Source: Nitrospirota bacterium (GTDB lineage Bacteria > Nitrospirota > UBA9217). From it: DNA of 64,000 bases. The position numbers and the translations under genes are program-made. The stretch is from the NCBI GenBank assembly GCA_963845065.1, contig CAWJQQ010000001.1, positions 224,001 to 288,000 on the forward strand. The letters run 5' to 3'. A model generated the notes under the pieces. The model worked only from the letters and a program-made list of their open reading frames with translations, searched no databases and was not told the origin of the DNA. How positions within the stretch are numbered: the stretch's first letter is position 1; every line of letters starts with the position of its first letter. Of this stretch, positions 47,525 to 57,391 are shown piece by piece.

Positions 47525-48923
47525 TGATAACTGTCACGACATCGTAGACAGATTTTACTGTCAGGACATCGTGGACAAACGTTCTTTGACAATCGAATAG
47601 CCACAGCATAAACGTATCATGAACACCAAACCTAAAAGGGAGGTGTTCATGAAAAAGAGCATCAAGCAAGAACGATTAAAAGCTGTGCAGCGGTTCTTCA
47701 ATGGAGAAGAGCCGGAAGAGATTTGTGATTCTCTTGGCCGTTCTCGAGCATGGCTGTACAAATGGGTGACACGGTATGCGCCCGATGATTCGTTATGGTT
47801 TGAAGAGCGGTCTCGGCAACCGCTTGTCAGTCCTCACCGCACGCCCGCAGAAATCGAAATGATCGTCGAGATGGTCCGATGGAGCTTGTACAACAAAGAT
47901 CTCTTCTGCGGCGACCAGGCCATACGATGGGAACTGGAAGAGATGGAGGTGCGACCGCTTCCCTCACTGAGCACAATCAGCCGAATTTTGCGCCGTCGTG
48001 AATTGACCCATCGCCGTACCGGCCGGTATGAACCAAAGGGCAAGAAATATCCCGGACTGCCGGCGCTAGCGCCCAACCAGACACACCAGCTTGATCTGGT
48101 AGGTCCCTGTTATCTGAGCGGTCCAATTCGGTTCTATGGCTTGAATGCAATTGATACCGCCATCAACCTCTGCGGCATGGAGCCGATACCCTCAAAGTCA
48201 GCGCAGAGCATTCTGGACGCCATTTACGCGGTCTGGCAGCGCATGGGCATCCCCGAGAATCTTCAGGTAGACAATGAAATCGCCTTCTTCGGAAGTCCCG
48301 TTTACCCACGAGGAATGGGGCCGCTTATCCGCCTCTGCTTGCTCTCTGGGGTCAATCTCTGGTTCATCCCACCAGCCGAACCCTGGCGAAACGGGATAAT
48401 CGAGAAGTTCAATGACCATTATCGTCAGAAGTTCCTCGACAAGGTCACGATGATATCGATGGTGCAGCTTCGGCAAGAATCTCTGGCATTCGAGCATCGG
48501 CATAACAACACCTATCGCTACAGCAAAATCAAAGGACAAACGCCGATTAAAGCACTAGATCGTATGAAAGTGAAAAGGATCTTTCCGAGTCAAAAGAATG
48601 TGCCCCATCACCCACTGGAGAAACCGGAAACAGGATGCTATCATTTTGTTCGATTCATCCGAAGTGACTGCAAGCTGAACATCTTTGGCGAAATGTTCCT
48701 TGCTCCACCGAATACTCAGTACGAATACGTTGTGGCTACTGTCGATGTCAAAGATCAAAAGTTAAAACTCTACTTGGAAACAATCCAAGTTGAAGAATAT
48801 AGTTATCAACTGCGATGACTGCAAAATCTCTTGTCACGGTATCGCTGGATAATATAGTTTCAAAGTTGCGAGTCCACGATGTCGTGACAGCTATTTTTGT
48901 CCACGATGTCCTGACAGTTGTCA
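47525..48923 (+). mobile_element. IS481-like insertion sequence with 6-bp target duplication
   Basis: Inverted ends TGATAACTGTCACGACATCGTAGACA / TGTCCACGATGTCCTGACAGTTGTCA with internally repeated motifs; CTTAGC on both flanks. Confidence 0.85.
47649..48818 (+). CDS. DDE transposase (rve/integrase core)
   Basis: HTH, HQLD, QVDNE, NGIIEKFN. Confidence 0.9.
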   Translation: MKKSIKQERLKAVQRFFNGEEPEEICDSLGRSRAWLYKWVTRYAPDDSLWFEERSRQPLVSPHRTPAEIEMIVEMVRWSLYNKDLFCGDQAIRWELEEMEVRPLPSLSTISRILRRRELTHRRTGRYEPKGKKYPGLPALAPNQTHQLDLVGPCYLSGPIRFYGLNAIDTAINLCGMEPIPSKSAQSILDAIYAVWQRMGIPENLQVDNEIAFFGSPVYPRGMGPLIRLCLLSGVNLWFIPPAEPWRNGIIEKFNDHYRQKFLDKVTMISMVQLRQESLAFEHRHNNTYRYSKIKGQTPIKALDRMKVKRIFPSQKNVPHHPLEKPETGCYHFVRFIRSDCKLNIFGEMFLAPPNTQYEYVVATVDVKDQKLKLYLETIQVEEYSYQLR

Positions 48924-48932
48924 CTTAGCCAT

Positions 48933-49607
48933 TTATCCCTCCATTTTAATTGAACGCATTGTCCTATTATCAAGAATAGTCACGCCAGCCGCAGTCCGAT
49001 GTGCCGCCTGTACTAATGCGGAGGCTACCTGAGATGCTTGTACGCCTGCTAAGAATGGTGGAAAGAGCCAGGTTATCTTCTTAGCGATATGTTCCCCAAG
49101 ACGGTATTCCTGTCGGTCGCCCAGCAGCATGGATGGACGAGCTATCGTGACAGAAGGATACCCAACTGTCAGGATAGCGTCTTCCAGCTCACCTTTGATT
49201 CGATTATATAAGAACCGAGAACGGGGATTTGCGCCAATGGCACTTACCAACAAGAAATGACAGGCACCCTGTGCACGAGCAAACTTGGCTATTGTAAAGG
49301 GATAATCGAAGTCTACCCGTCTAAATGCCGTCTGCGTCTTTGCTTTAGCTATTGTGGTTCCAATAGCGCAGAAGACAGTATCCACTTCAAACCATTCAGG
49401 GTGTTCCTGTAATTTATCAAAATCAGTAATGAGTTCTTTAACGACAGGAGATTTGTCCTCAGACGGCAATGAGCGTCTTGTCAAGGCTCGGATTTCCGCT
49501 ATCATGCTATCCTTGGAAAGCAGATGGAGAATATTACGTCCTACCAGTCCTGTAGCCCCCGCTAATAAAGCACGTTGCTTCGAAGTTATTGTCTGATTAG
49601 TATTCAC
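48933..49607 (-). CDS. NAD(P)H-binding protein (YraR/TIP30-like)
   Basis: GATGLVG, CAIGTT, FRRVDFDY, YNRIKGELE, RPSMLLG. Confidence 0.88.
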   Translation of the reverse strand: MNTNQTITSKQRALLAGATGLVGRNILHLLSKDSMIAEIRALTRRSLPSEDKSPVVKELITDFDKLQEHPEWFEVDTVFCAIGTTIAKAKTQTAFRRVDFDYPFTIAKFARAQGACHFLLVSAIGANPRSRFLYNRIKGELEDAILTVGYPSVTIARPSMLLGDRQEYRLGEHIAKKITWLFPPFLAGVQASQVASALVQAAHRTAAGVTILDNRTMRSIKMEG

Positions 49608-49620
49608 TGATATCCCTCCG

Positions 49621-50286
49621 TCAAATCGGTTGGATGTTATCGGGTTGGTTATTCTTAACTGAGTTCACCTTGGTTGTGACTCGATAAACTTCAAGTTCTT
49701 CAGATGGAAAGGGCTTCAGAATGGGAAGAAGTAAGTTATTATCGTGTTCATTAGGATTCAGCCAAAGCCTGAAATCATTTTCATGTAGAATTACAGGCAT
49801 CCTATCGTGAAGGGGCATCACGAGTTCATTTGCATCGGTCGTGACGATTGTCGAGCTACAGACTTCTTCGCCTTCAGGTGATCTCCAATTGTTGTAAAGC
49901 CCAGCGAATGCCATAGGCTGTTTCGATTTGAGATGGATGTAATACGGAATCTTTACTTTATCCTGCCTTTGCCACTCATAGAAGCCGTCAGCAACAACAA
50001 GACAACGGTAATTTTGAAAAGCATCCTTGTATGACTTATTGGTGGCAAGAGTCTCACATCTCGCATTTATCATCGAATAAGCAGTCTTTTTTTCCTTAGC
50101 CCAGGACGGCAGAAATCCCCAATGGCTTGAGATGAGAAGGTTCTTCTTCCCGTCATTTATGACAATGGGGATATTCTGAGCTGGAGCTACGTTATAATTC
50201 GGAACGATATCGAATGTGATGGAGTCGATTTGGAATATTTGAGCGATTATTTCTATCGCAGTGTGTATATCGAAGCGTCCGCACAT
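49621..50286 (-). CDS. SOS response-associated peptidase (SRAP/YedK)
   Basis: MCGRF, INARCET, GFYEW, HDRMP. Confidence 0.95.
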   Translation of the reverse strand: MCGRFDIHTAIEIIAQIFQIDSITFDIVPNYNVAPAQNIPIVINDGKKNLLISSHWGFLPSWAKEKKTAYSMINARCETLATNKSYKDAFQNYRCLVVADGFYEWQRQDKVKIPYYIHLKSKQPMAFAGLYNNWRSPEGEEVCSSTIVTTDANELVMPLHDRMPVILHENDFRLWLNPNEHDNNLLLPILKPFPSEELEVYRVTTKVNSVKNNQPDNIQPI

Positions 50287-50373
50287 GTTCTGATTATACC
50301 AGATGTATTGGCAAGGACATTCGAGGAGTAGAAGCAGAGGACATAGAGATACCTATTGTAAGATGGGACTGGG

Positions 50374-51051
50374 TCAATAGTGTATGAATTCGATTGATAC
50401 ATTCCCTGTTTTTTCACCGGAATAAATGCAAATCGTGCCTACTTTTGTATTGTACTTCTTTAATGTTTGAACGTTCTTAAATCCCGCATTAGTCATTAAG
50501 TCTGGAAGGAGACCCTTGAAGTTGGCTTCCACTTCTGGTTCAAACTTTGCGGCAATATTGCCGACCAGAGCAAAAATGAGATTTTTTTGTTTCCCAAAAT
50601 CAGCTATAAAAAACTTCCCACCAGTGGTTAACACCCTAAATATTTCCCGCATTGCTATTAGCTTTTTGTCCGTGCTCAAATGATGCATCATCAAGCTCGT
50701 CATTGCCTTGTTAATTGAATTATCGTTTTGGGGTAACTTACCGCCATCATATTCAATCAATGAGATATCGAGCATTAGCCGTTCAATTTTGCTTTTAGCG
50801 ATTGCAAGTACTTTTGGGTCAATATCAATTCCTTCAAAAAGTGCTTTTGGATGTTTTTGTTTTGCCAATATAAGCAAGGTGCCTGTTCCGCAGCCAAAAT
50901 CCAAAATGTTGTCTTCTTCCCGAATATTCATAAGGTCAATCAAATCTTCCTTGATTCTTTTTTCGGGTATTGTAAGTGCAATGAATGAATCAAAGAGTTT
51001 TGTTAAAATGGGAACATCAAATGCTGGTCTGAATTTTTCTTTCATAGTCAC
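50374..51051 (-). CDS. Class I SAM-dependent methyltransferase
   Basis: ILDFGCGTG, GIDID, MHHL. Confidence 0.9.
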   Translation of the reverse strand: MTMKEKFRPAFDVPILTKLFDSFIALTIPEKRIKEDLIDLMNIREEDNILDFGCGTGTLLILAKQKHPKALFEGIDIDPKVLAIAKSKIERLMLDISLIEYDGGKLPQNDNSINKAMTSLMMHHLSTDKKLIAMREIFRVLTTGGKFFIADFGKQKNLIFALVGNIAAKFEPEVEANFKGLLPDLMTNAGFKNVQTLKKYNTKVGTICIYSGEKTGNVSIEFIHY

Positions 51052-52097
51052 AATTATACACAGAAACTATTAATGATGAAATTGATTTGCATGAAGCCAC
51101 CCCTCGTAACTCATCGTGGATATTATCAGAAGTCGATAGTTAATGACAAACGGGAACTTAAATCTACGAACATATGCATCTTTTTTATTAACTCACAATC
51201 AATTCTTTATGGTAAAAGGTGGTCATTATATATCTGGCGTAAGAGCATTCAGGAAGGGGAAATTACATGCAACTTCAAACAGTCATGGTAATCGAATACA
51301 CCGGCGGCGAAATTCCATTCTGTACGTTCATTTTCTGAGGACAAGGAAGGAAACAAAGAAGCGGAAGCACTTTTCGTGAAAGTTGCCAAAGACAACGGTA
51401 TGGATGATATTGACATTGATGCTTGCCTTGAAGATGGGCTCTTCGGGGAAGGTGATTATCAGATTTTCCTAGTTCACTCGCAGGATTAATGGCAACACAG
51501 TCTACTTAGTACCCATTTTATTCACAATATTACGCCCAATTATTTTGCGCTCCCATCCTTTACGTGTAATTGGAAGGCTGGTTATTCTGACAAAGCGTTG
51601 TTTCCCCGCAGATAAACCGCTTGCTGTCTTAACTTGCCATGGAGGACGGCGTTTATGTGCCATTTTATCCACCTTCTTTCTTTGCTTTCTAATATCAATT
51701 TAAATAATATCAAAAAGGTGGAGAAAGGGTGCTAGAGCGGGAACTTCCCGAAAGTTTTCGGTCCCCTTAGCCTCGCCAGCGCTATAGGTGCTTGTGGCTC
51801 TTGTGAATGATTTTTGGGGATGTTTGAGAGCGGAATATTCCTGAATCGAGGCAAAATCATTTCAACTGGTTTCAAAAAAAATTGCAAATACAGTTCTGTG
51901 GTAGGGTTTTGACTTACTCTGCTTCACGTTTTTCCTCCATATCCCTTTCATCTTGCGGAATGGGTTCTATATCGGTATCTTGTCCGGTATCGAGGCTCGT
52001 GAAATTATCCGTTTCCCCGACCTGCCACGTTGGGATAACTTTGATGCCCTTCTTCTTTGACCGTGAAGTGAGCATGTCAATTTTCAAACAACCCGAA

Positions 52098-52745
52098 TTA
52101 TTTCCCCGCAACCAACCTTACACCCATATCAAATGCCTTTTGGCAATCCATAGGGAATACTTCTTCATGCCTCAGCTTCTTTTTTAATGGGTCAAAACGG
52201 GTATTAAGAACCTTGGAATAGTCATCAAACTGCAATGTGTCAAAACTGCACATATATTCAGACTCCCCAAAGATTCTCCGAAGTGCTTCATCATAGCGAT
52301 TGAAATTGACTTCATACTTCCATTCATGCATAACTTCCTCGGTGACATTCATCGTGTAGATGAACCCGGTCTTTATCTTCTTGGGAAAAAGTGAACCTGG
52401 TGGATTGGTATAGGTCGTATACTGAAACATCAGACGCTCAAGGAACGACTTCATCTCGCCTGAGATATCGCCCCAATAAATAGGGGAACCCATCAAAATG
52501 GCATCGGCCTGTTCAATCCTGCTGAAGATAGGAGCCAAGTCATCCTGAACAATGCATTTACCATAACTTTTCCCACCAAGGGTTTTACAGGCAAAGCAAC
52601 TTATGCACCCTTTATAGTTGAGGTCATAGAGATGAATCAGTTCCGCTTTAGCGCCCTGTGAGGCAGCACCTTCGAGAGCCTTTTGCAGAAGGATTGCTGT
52701 GTTCCATTTCTTCCTTGGACTTCCATTCAATGCAATTATTTTCAT
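52098..52745 (-). CDS. Flavodoxin-like iron-sulfur flavoprotein / FMN reductase
   Basis: NGSPRKKWNT, CISCFAC..C, GSPIY. Confidence 0.9.
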   Translation of the reverse strand: MKIIALNGSPRKKWNTAILLQKALEGAASQGAKAELIHLYDLNYKGCISCFACKTLGGKSYGKCIVQDDLAPIFSRIEQADAILMGSPIYWGDISGEMKSFLERLMFQYTTYTNPPGSLFPKKIKTGFIYTMNVTEEVMHEWKYEVNFNRYDEALRRIFGESEYMCSFDTLQFDDYSKVLNTRFDPLKKKLRHEEVFPMDCQKAFDMGVRLVAGK

Positions 52746-52867
52746 GGGATTATCCTTTCATGACGGTAGCTACTTACTTACCTTTAGCCTGCTTCTTTTT
52801 CAGTTCGAGGATTTCCTGCATCACTTCCGGAATTTGTCAATGACTTTGAGACACCCCTCGTCCGAAT

Positions 52868-53887
52868 TTAGTGTACTTTTTCCTCGCTCAGAGGGACCGG
52901 TTTCGGTTTGTTAATCCAAACTGCAGCCGGTAATGAAGGAGGAACAGGCGCTTTCTTCACAAACCGTTCAGGATGTGCCTCATACGCGGTGAGAAGCACC
53001 TCGCCTCTGGCTTTTTGCACATCCTTCGCAAATCCGTAGTGGACGGACTCCGGCGTGTGCAGTCCGATGCCGGAGTGATGATGCTCTGTGTTATACCAGG
53101 GAAAGAAGATCTGACCGAAACTTCGGCTATCCTCGATGCAGCCGAATCGGTCGGGGAAGTCCGGCATATACTTGAGCGTCTTGAACTGAGACTCGGAAAA
53201 TGGATTATCATCACTCGTATACGGTCTGCTGTGGGTCTTAGTGATGCCCAGATCGGCCAGGAGCAAGGCAACCGGCCTGGACCTCATGGACGAGCCACGG
53301 TCTGCGTGAATAGTGAGTTGTCCTTTTTCGATGTTCTGCTTTGCACAGGTTTCCTTGATGAGTCTTTCCGCCAATGCAGCCGATTCCGCAGGGGCGATCA
53401 TCCAGCCGACGACGTAGCGGCTGAAGATGTCCAGGATCACATAGAGATAAAAATAGGTCCACTTTGCCGGGCCTAAAAGCTTGGTAATATCCCAGGACCA
53501 GACTTGGTTCGGTGCCATGGCCAAAAGCTCCGGCTTCTGATACACAGGATGGGTGAGCTGGTTCCTGCGTTCCTTGACCTCCTGGTTTTCTTCAAGGATG
53601 CGGTACATGGTGCTTATAGAGCATTGATATGAGCCTTCATCCAATAGGGTTGCGTAGACCTCCTGAGGCGCCTTGTCCACGAACCGATCAGAATGGAGGA
53701 CGTCAAGCACTCCTTGCCGTTCGTCTGAAGACAGAGCACGCGGAGGGCTCGGACGTTTCAGCGGCTCCATGAGAGGCGCATTTTTCCGCGCCTGCGTCCG
53801 GTAGAACCCTGAACGAGGGATATCAAGCGATTCACATGCTGATTTGATCCCGACATCAGAGGAAAGAGTAAGAGCGGCTTCCATCAC
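52868..53887 (-). CDS. IS3-family transposase OrfB
   Basis: WSWDIT, HADRG, DNPFSES. Confidence 0.92.
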   Translation of the reverse strand: MMEAALTLSSDVGIKSACESLDIPRSGFYRTQARKNAPLMEPLKRPSPPRALSSDERQGVLDVLHSDRFVDKAPQEVYATLLDEGSYQCSISTMYRILEENQEVKERRNQLTHPVYQKPELLAMAPNQVWSWDITKLLGPAKWTYFYLYVILDIFSRYVVGWMIAPAESAALAERLIKETCAKQNIEKGQLTIHADRGSSMRSRPVALLLADLGITKTHSRPYTSDDNPFSESQFKTLKYMPDFPDRFGCIEDSRSFGQIFFPWYNTEHHHSGIGLHTPESVHYGFAKDVQKARGEVLLTAYEAHPERFVKKAPVPPSLPAAVWINKPKPVPLSEEKVH

Positions 53888-54387
53888 TCGTTCTCTCCAT
53901 TCTCGTCGGTCGCAATCGGGATCCCCAGAAGCTGTGATATTTTTTTTTGAACGTCGTTGATGATTTCTGCCTTTCTGAGGCGATTGGTAAGCCGCTCATT
54001 CTCCTTGCGGAGCCTCTCGTTCTCTGCTGCAAGAGGATTGCGGACTGATTCCTTGCGACCCCGCTTCTTAGGCGCGAGGGCGGATAGTACGCCGCGGTCG
54101 CGCTGACGACGCCAGGTGTCGAGATTTGATGCATAGAGTCCCTCGTGGCGCAGGAGCTTGCCAAGGCATCCAGGTGTGTTGCAGGCATCGGCAAGCGTAA
54201 GGACGCGAAGCTTGTATTCAGCCGTAAAACGTCGCCGAGCGGCTTTAGCCGGAACCTCGGAGTCTGGCAGGATCGAAGGCGCACCTTGAGACGGATTGAC
54301 TTCTTGCGGGGCTCCGCCCCAGGGAACCTCAGTCGCCCTACGAGCTCCTTCGTATCCTTGGGTTGCTTTGATCTTTGCTGCTATCAT
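53884..54387 (-). CDS. IS3-family transposase OrfA
   Basis: RRRFTAEYK HTH plus coiled coil; ATGA overlap with OrfB. Confidence 0.85.
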   Translation of the reverse strand: MIAAKIKATQGYEGARRATEVPWGGAPQEVNPSQGAPSILPDSEVPAKAARRRFTAEYKLRVLTLADACNTPGCLGKLLRHEGLYASNLDTWRRQRDRGVLSALAPKKRGRKESVRNPLAAENERLRKENERLTNRLRKAEIINDVQKKISQLLGIPIATDENGENE

Positions 54388-55831
54388 AATGATTTCTCCT
54401 CCCCGCCCTCTACTCTAATTTACCATAGGGGAGGTGTCTCAGTTATATTGACACAGAGGGTTCAGCCCGTGTCAAAAGCCCCTTACGCTCCAAAAGATTC
54501 ATCATAGCTTCTTGCTGAAAGACGGTGGCTACAAGGACTTCCTCGATGGAATCGGTTTGTTTTGGGTCGAGTTTTTGAGACATGTGTCACCTCAATATAA
54601 TCTAGCTAATCCACTGCTTATAATCGCAACCGAAACAATAGTTTGAGCATCCCCAAAAAGCCATTGTTTACCGTTTTTAGTTCCGCTTCGTTTAATTAGG
54701 TCGGCACATGCCATGAACATGCTCCTTGGCCTGTAGCACACTTTCCCAACCATCACTACAAATTGCGCCAACTCTACTCCCGTTAACTATATCTGTAAAA
54801 GGTACTAGCTGAACCTGTCGTGAACCTGTGAATGCTAAGCTATATATAATGATATTAATAATATTATCGGTAATCCGGAAAATAACCTCTCCTTTTTATT
54901 TACCATAATTAATCACCATTCTAAAGGTGCTGACCTTTACAGATTATAACATCATTGTCTAAAACCCAATGAAAAAATATTAGCTATTTCTATCTTTTAG
55001 AGAAATGTTAGCCGAAATAAAGTTAAGCAGGCATTATGTAGAAATAATTTGTGGATACAATCTAACATAGTATCAATAAAATATCAAAAGAGCCCCGTCG
55101 GGTCCATACCCCGAAGATTAAATCCGCGTCAGTCGCGGAGGTCGGGTGAAACACCTTTCATGAAACCAGATTTATTTATAGAACAGAGGATATGCTTCGT
55201 AACAGCATGTTAAAGTTGACAATCGGATGTGAAAGAGTTGTGCAGGGGGTATAGCCTGAGGGCTATTTTATGTGCTTGAGCATGATAACGGGATTCAGCT
55301 CCGGGGAAGACTGTGAAAGAAGTGCCGAGGAAGATCTTTCTTCGTTTGAGTTGGCTATATTAGCAGGAGGATAATCTGTGAGCTCTACAAATAGTACAGG
55401 ATCATCCGCAAGGTTTAATAATTCTGGCGGCGTAAAAGGGCGAGGGAACAAACTTCTCTGTGGCTCATGTGTTTAACCAGACGATCTGCAACATCATGAC
55501 ATCCACGGTGCGGCTGCTCCGTGAACCATGCGGGCGATAAGGTTGATCAGAAAATTGTCACGCAGGTGCTGCTTCGCAGAATAATTCATTGTTTTGGAAA
55601 GCCGTTTCCGGGCGTGATTCATGGCTGTGGTGGCTGTGTTTGCCTGCTTTGAACATTCTTCCCTGCATGCAGTTGCCTTGTAAAGCGCGAGCCGCATCGC
55701 TTCTCCCAACCCGCTGTCGAGATTGCTATGTCAGGCCCATCCTGCGTTTTCCCGCCTTTGAATTTATTATCTATGATCAACGCTTCTTCCTGTAAGACAT
55801 TCGTGAAGCTTCATGAAGCAAATCACTCTAG

Positions 55832-57390
55832 GAGTCTGTCGGACTTAACGATCTAATCCGAAGACTATTTGTTCAAAGTTCTGTGATCATCAGCATTTTG
55901 ATCGGTTCTCATCGATCAAAGTAGCTTGTAGTCTGTTCTTTCTTATCACTATTAACTCAAGGCATGCAGCCTTTTCAGGTTCCAGGCGATGCAGACCAAG
56001 TCCCATTCGCCTTGTGCCGACTCAAAGCCTCGCAGCAGGAACTGCCGGAACCCCATGACTGCCTTGATAATGCCGAAGACTGGTTCCACCGTACTTTTGC
56101 GTTTGGCGTAAAGTTTTTTCCCAGCCAGTGTCCGAAGCCGGTGCTTCATCCTCTTAACCGCATCAGCACCGTCAGGCAGCGGCAACGGCTCACGGAATCG
56201 ATTCATGAGCGGCTGGTTGTGCTGATCCCGACCAAAGGCAATGTACGGCGTGATCTTGTTTTTCTCGCAAGCACCAACGTTGGTTTCGCTGTAGAAGCCG
56301 TTGTCGCTAATAAGCGAATCTACCGTACCAAGCGCGTGAGGTAGTGCCACAAGGTTGGCGACTGCTGGTTCCAGCTCACGCTTGTCGTTTGTTTGCTGAC
56401 TCACGTGGCTGGTCACGATCATCATTGTATCGGTATCAACGCCAGCCTGAGCATTGTAAGCCTGCTCAAAGCCTCCACCGGATTTTTTCATGATCCGGGA
56501 TTCGCCATCCGTCAGGTTGACCTGGTCTCGGCCCTTGACGCCGGGGGTCGGCGGCTGCGGTTTAGGACCGCGCGGCTTTTTGCCGGACCGCTGTTCTTTT
56601 TCGGCGCGCTCGGCCAGATTTTTATCATAGGCTTCTTTTTCCTGGGCGTAACGTTCGGCGGCTCGCCGCTCAATCTCGGCCTTGGCGTCGGCTATCGCCT
56701 TGAGCCGCTCGGTCCGCCGGGACAGTTCTTCCGGGATGTTCATTCCATCCGGTAGATCGGCTTGGTCGGCAGCTTCCGCCTGCCGAAGAAGTTCAGCCAC
56801 TTCCGCCTTGAGCTGCTCTTCCAGCTTGCAGGCGTGAGCGTAACTCAAGGCCTTATGCTTGGAGGCATTTGCCTTGACCTTTGTCCCATCCAGACTCACG
56901 GTGCCCAGTTTTAAGATCCCTGTCTGTTGGGCGATGAGCAGGATCTGGACGAACAACGGCTTTAGCTGCGGCAAAAACCTCTTCCGAAACGCAGCGATCG
57001 TGTCATGATCCGGATGGGCATTGGCCGCGATAAACCGAAACGCTACTGAATCATAGGTACTCCGCTCCAGTTTGCGGCTGGAGAACACCCCTGTAGCATA
57101 TCCGTAGAACAGGAGCGCCAAAAGCATCTCCGGATTATAGGGCTGTGATCCACGACCGGCATACGCGGCTTTCAAAGAACTAAGGTCAAGCTGGTCGACG
57201 ATCTCGACAACGAACCGTGCGAGATGGTCTTCGGGCAGCCAGTCTTGAAGCGATGGTGGCAATAAGTAGAGTGTTGACTGATCATAGTCGATAAACTTTA
57301 CGCTCATCTTTGTTCAACCTCGCATATGCGTAATTGAAAAGCTAATCGACTATAGCATATTTTATTTCGTCGGGAAAGTCCGACAGACTC
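55832..57390 (-). mobile_element. IS1182-family insertion sequence
   Basis: IRs GAGTCTGTCGGACTT / AAGTCCGACAGACTC, CTAG duplicated at 55828-55831 and 57391-57394. Confidence 0.9.
55952..57307 (-). CDS. IS1182-family transposase
   Basis: LPEDHLARF, PDHDTI, LDGTKVKANAS, VEPVFG. Confidence 0.92.
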   Translation of the reverse strand: MSVKFIDYDQSTLYLLPPSLQDWLPEDHLARFVVEIVDQLDLSSLKAAYAGRGSQPYNPEMLLALLFYGYATGVFSSRKLERSTYDSVAFRFIAANAHPDHDTIAAFRKRFLPQLKPLFVQILLIAQQTGILKLGTVSLDGTKVKANASKHKALSYAHACKLEEQLKAEVAELLRQAEAADQADLPDGMNIPEELSRRTERLKAIADAKAEIERRAAERYAQEKEAYDKNLAERAEKEQRSGKKPRGPKPQPPTPGVKGRDQVNLTDGESRIMKKSGGGFEQAYNAQAGVDTDTMMIVTSHVSQQTNDKRELEPAVANLVALPHALGTVDSLISDNGFYSETNVGACEKNKITPYIAFGRDQHNQPLMNRFREPLPLPDGADAVKRMKHRLRTLAGKKLYAKRKSTVEPVFGIIKAVMGFRQFLLRGFESAQGEWDLVCIAWNLKRLHALS

Positions 57391-57391
57391 C

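Larger units (their letters stand above)
52827..54460 (-). mobile_element. IS3-like two-ORF insertion sequence
   Basis: Inverted repeats TGTCAATGACTTTGAGACACC / GGTGTCTCAGTTATATTGACA; interrupts a small ORF (54583 to 52774). Confidence 0.85.

Noticed and set aside
55088..55170. GC-rich structured patch in an AT-rich spacer as a riboswitch
   Set aside because: Some pairing, but no recognisable aptamer consensus and no clear downstream gene
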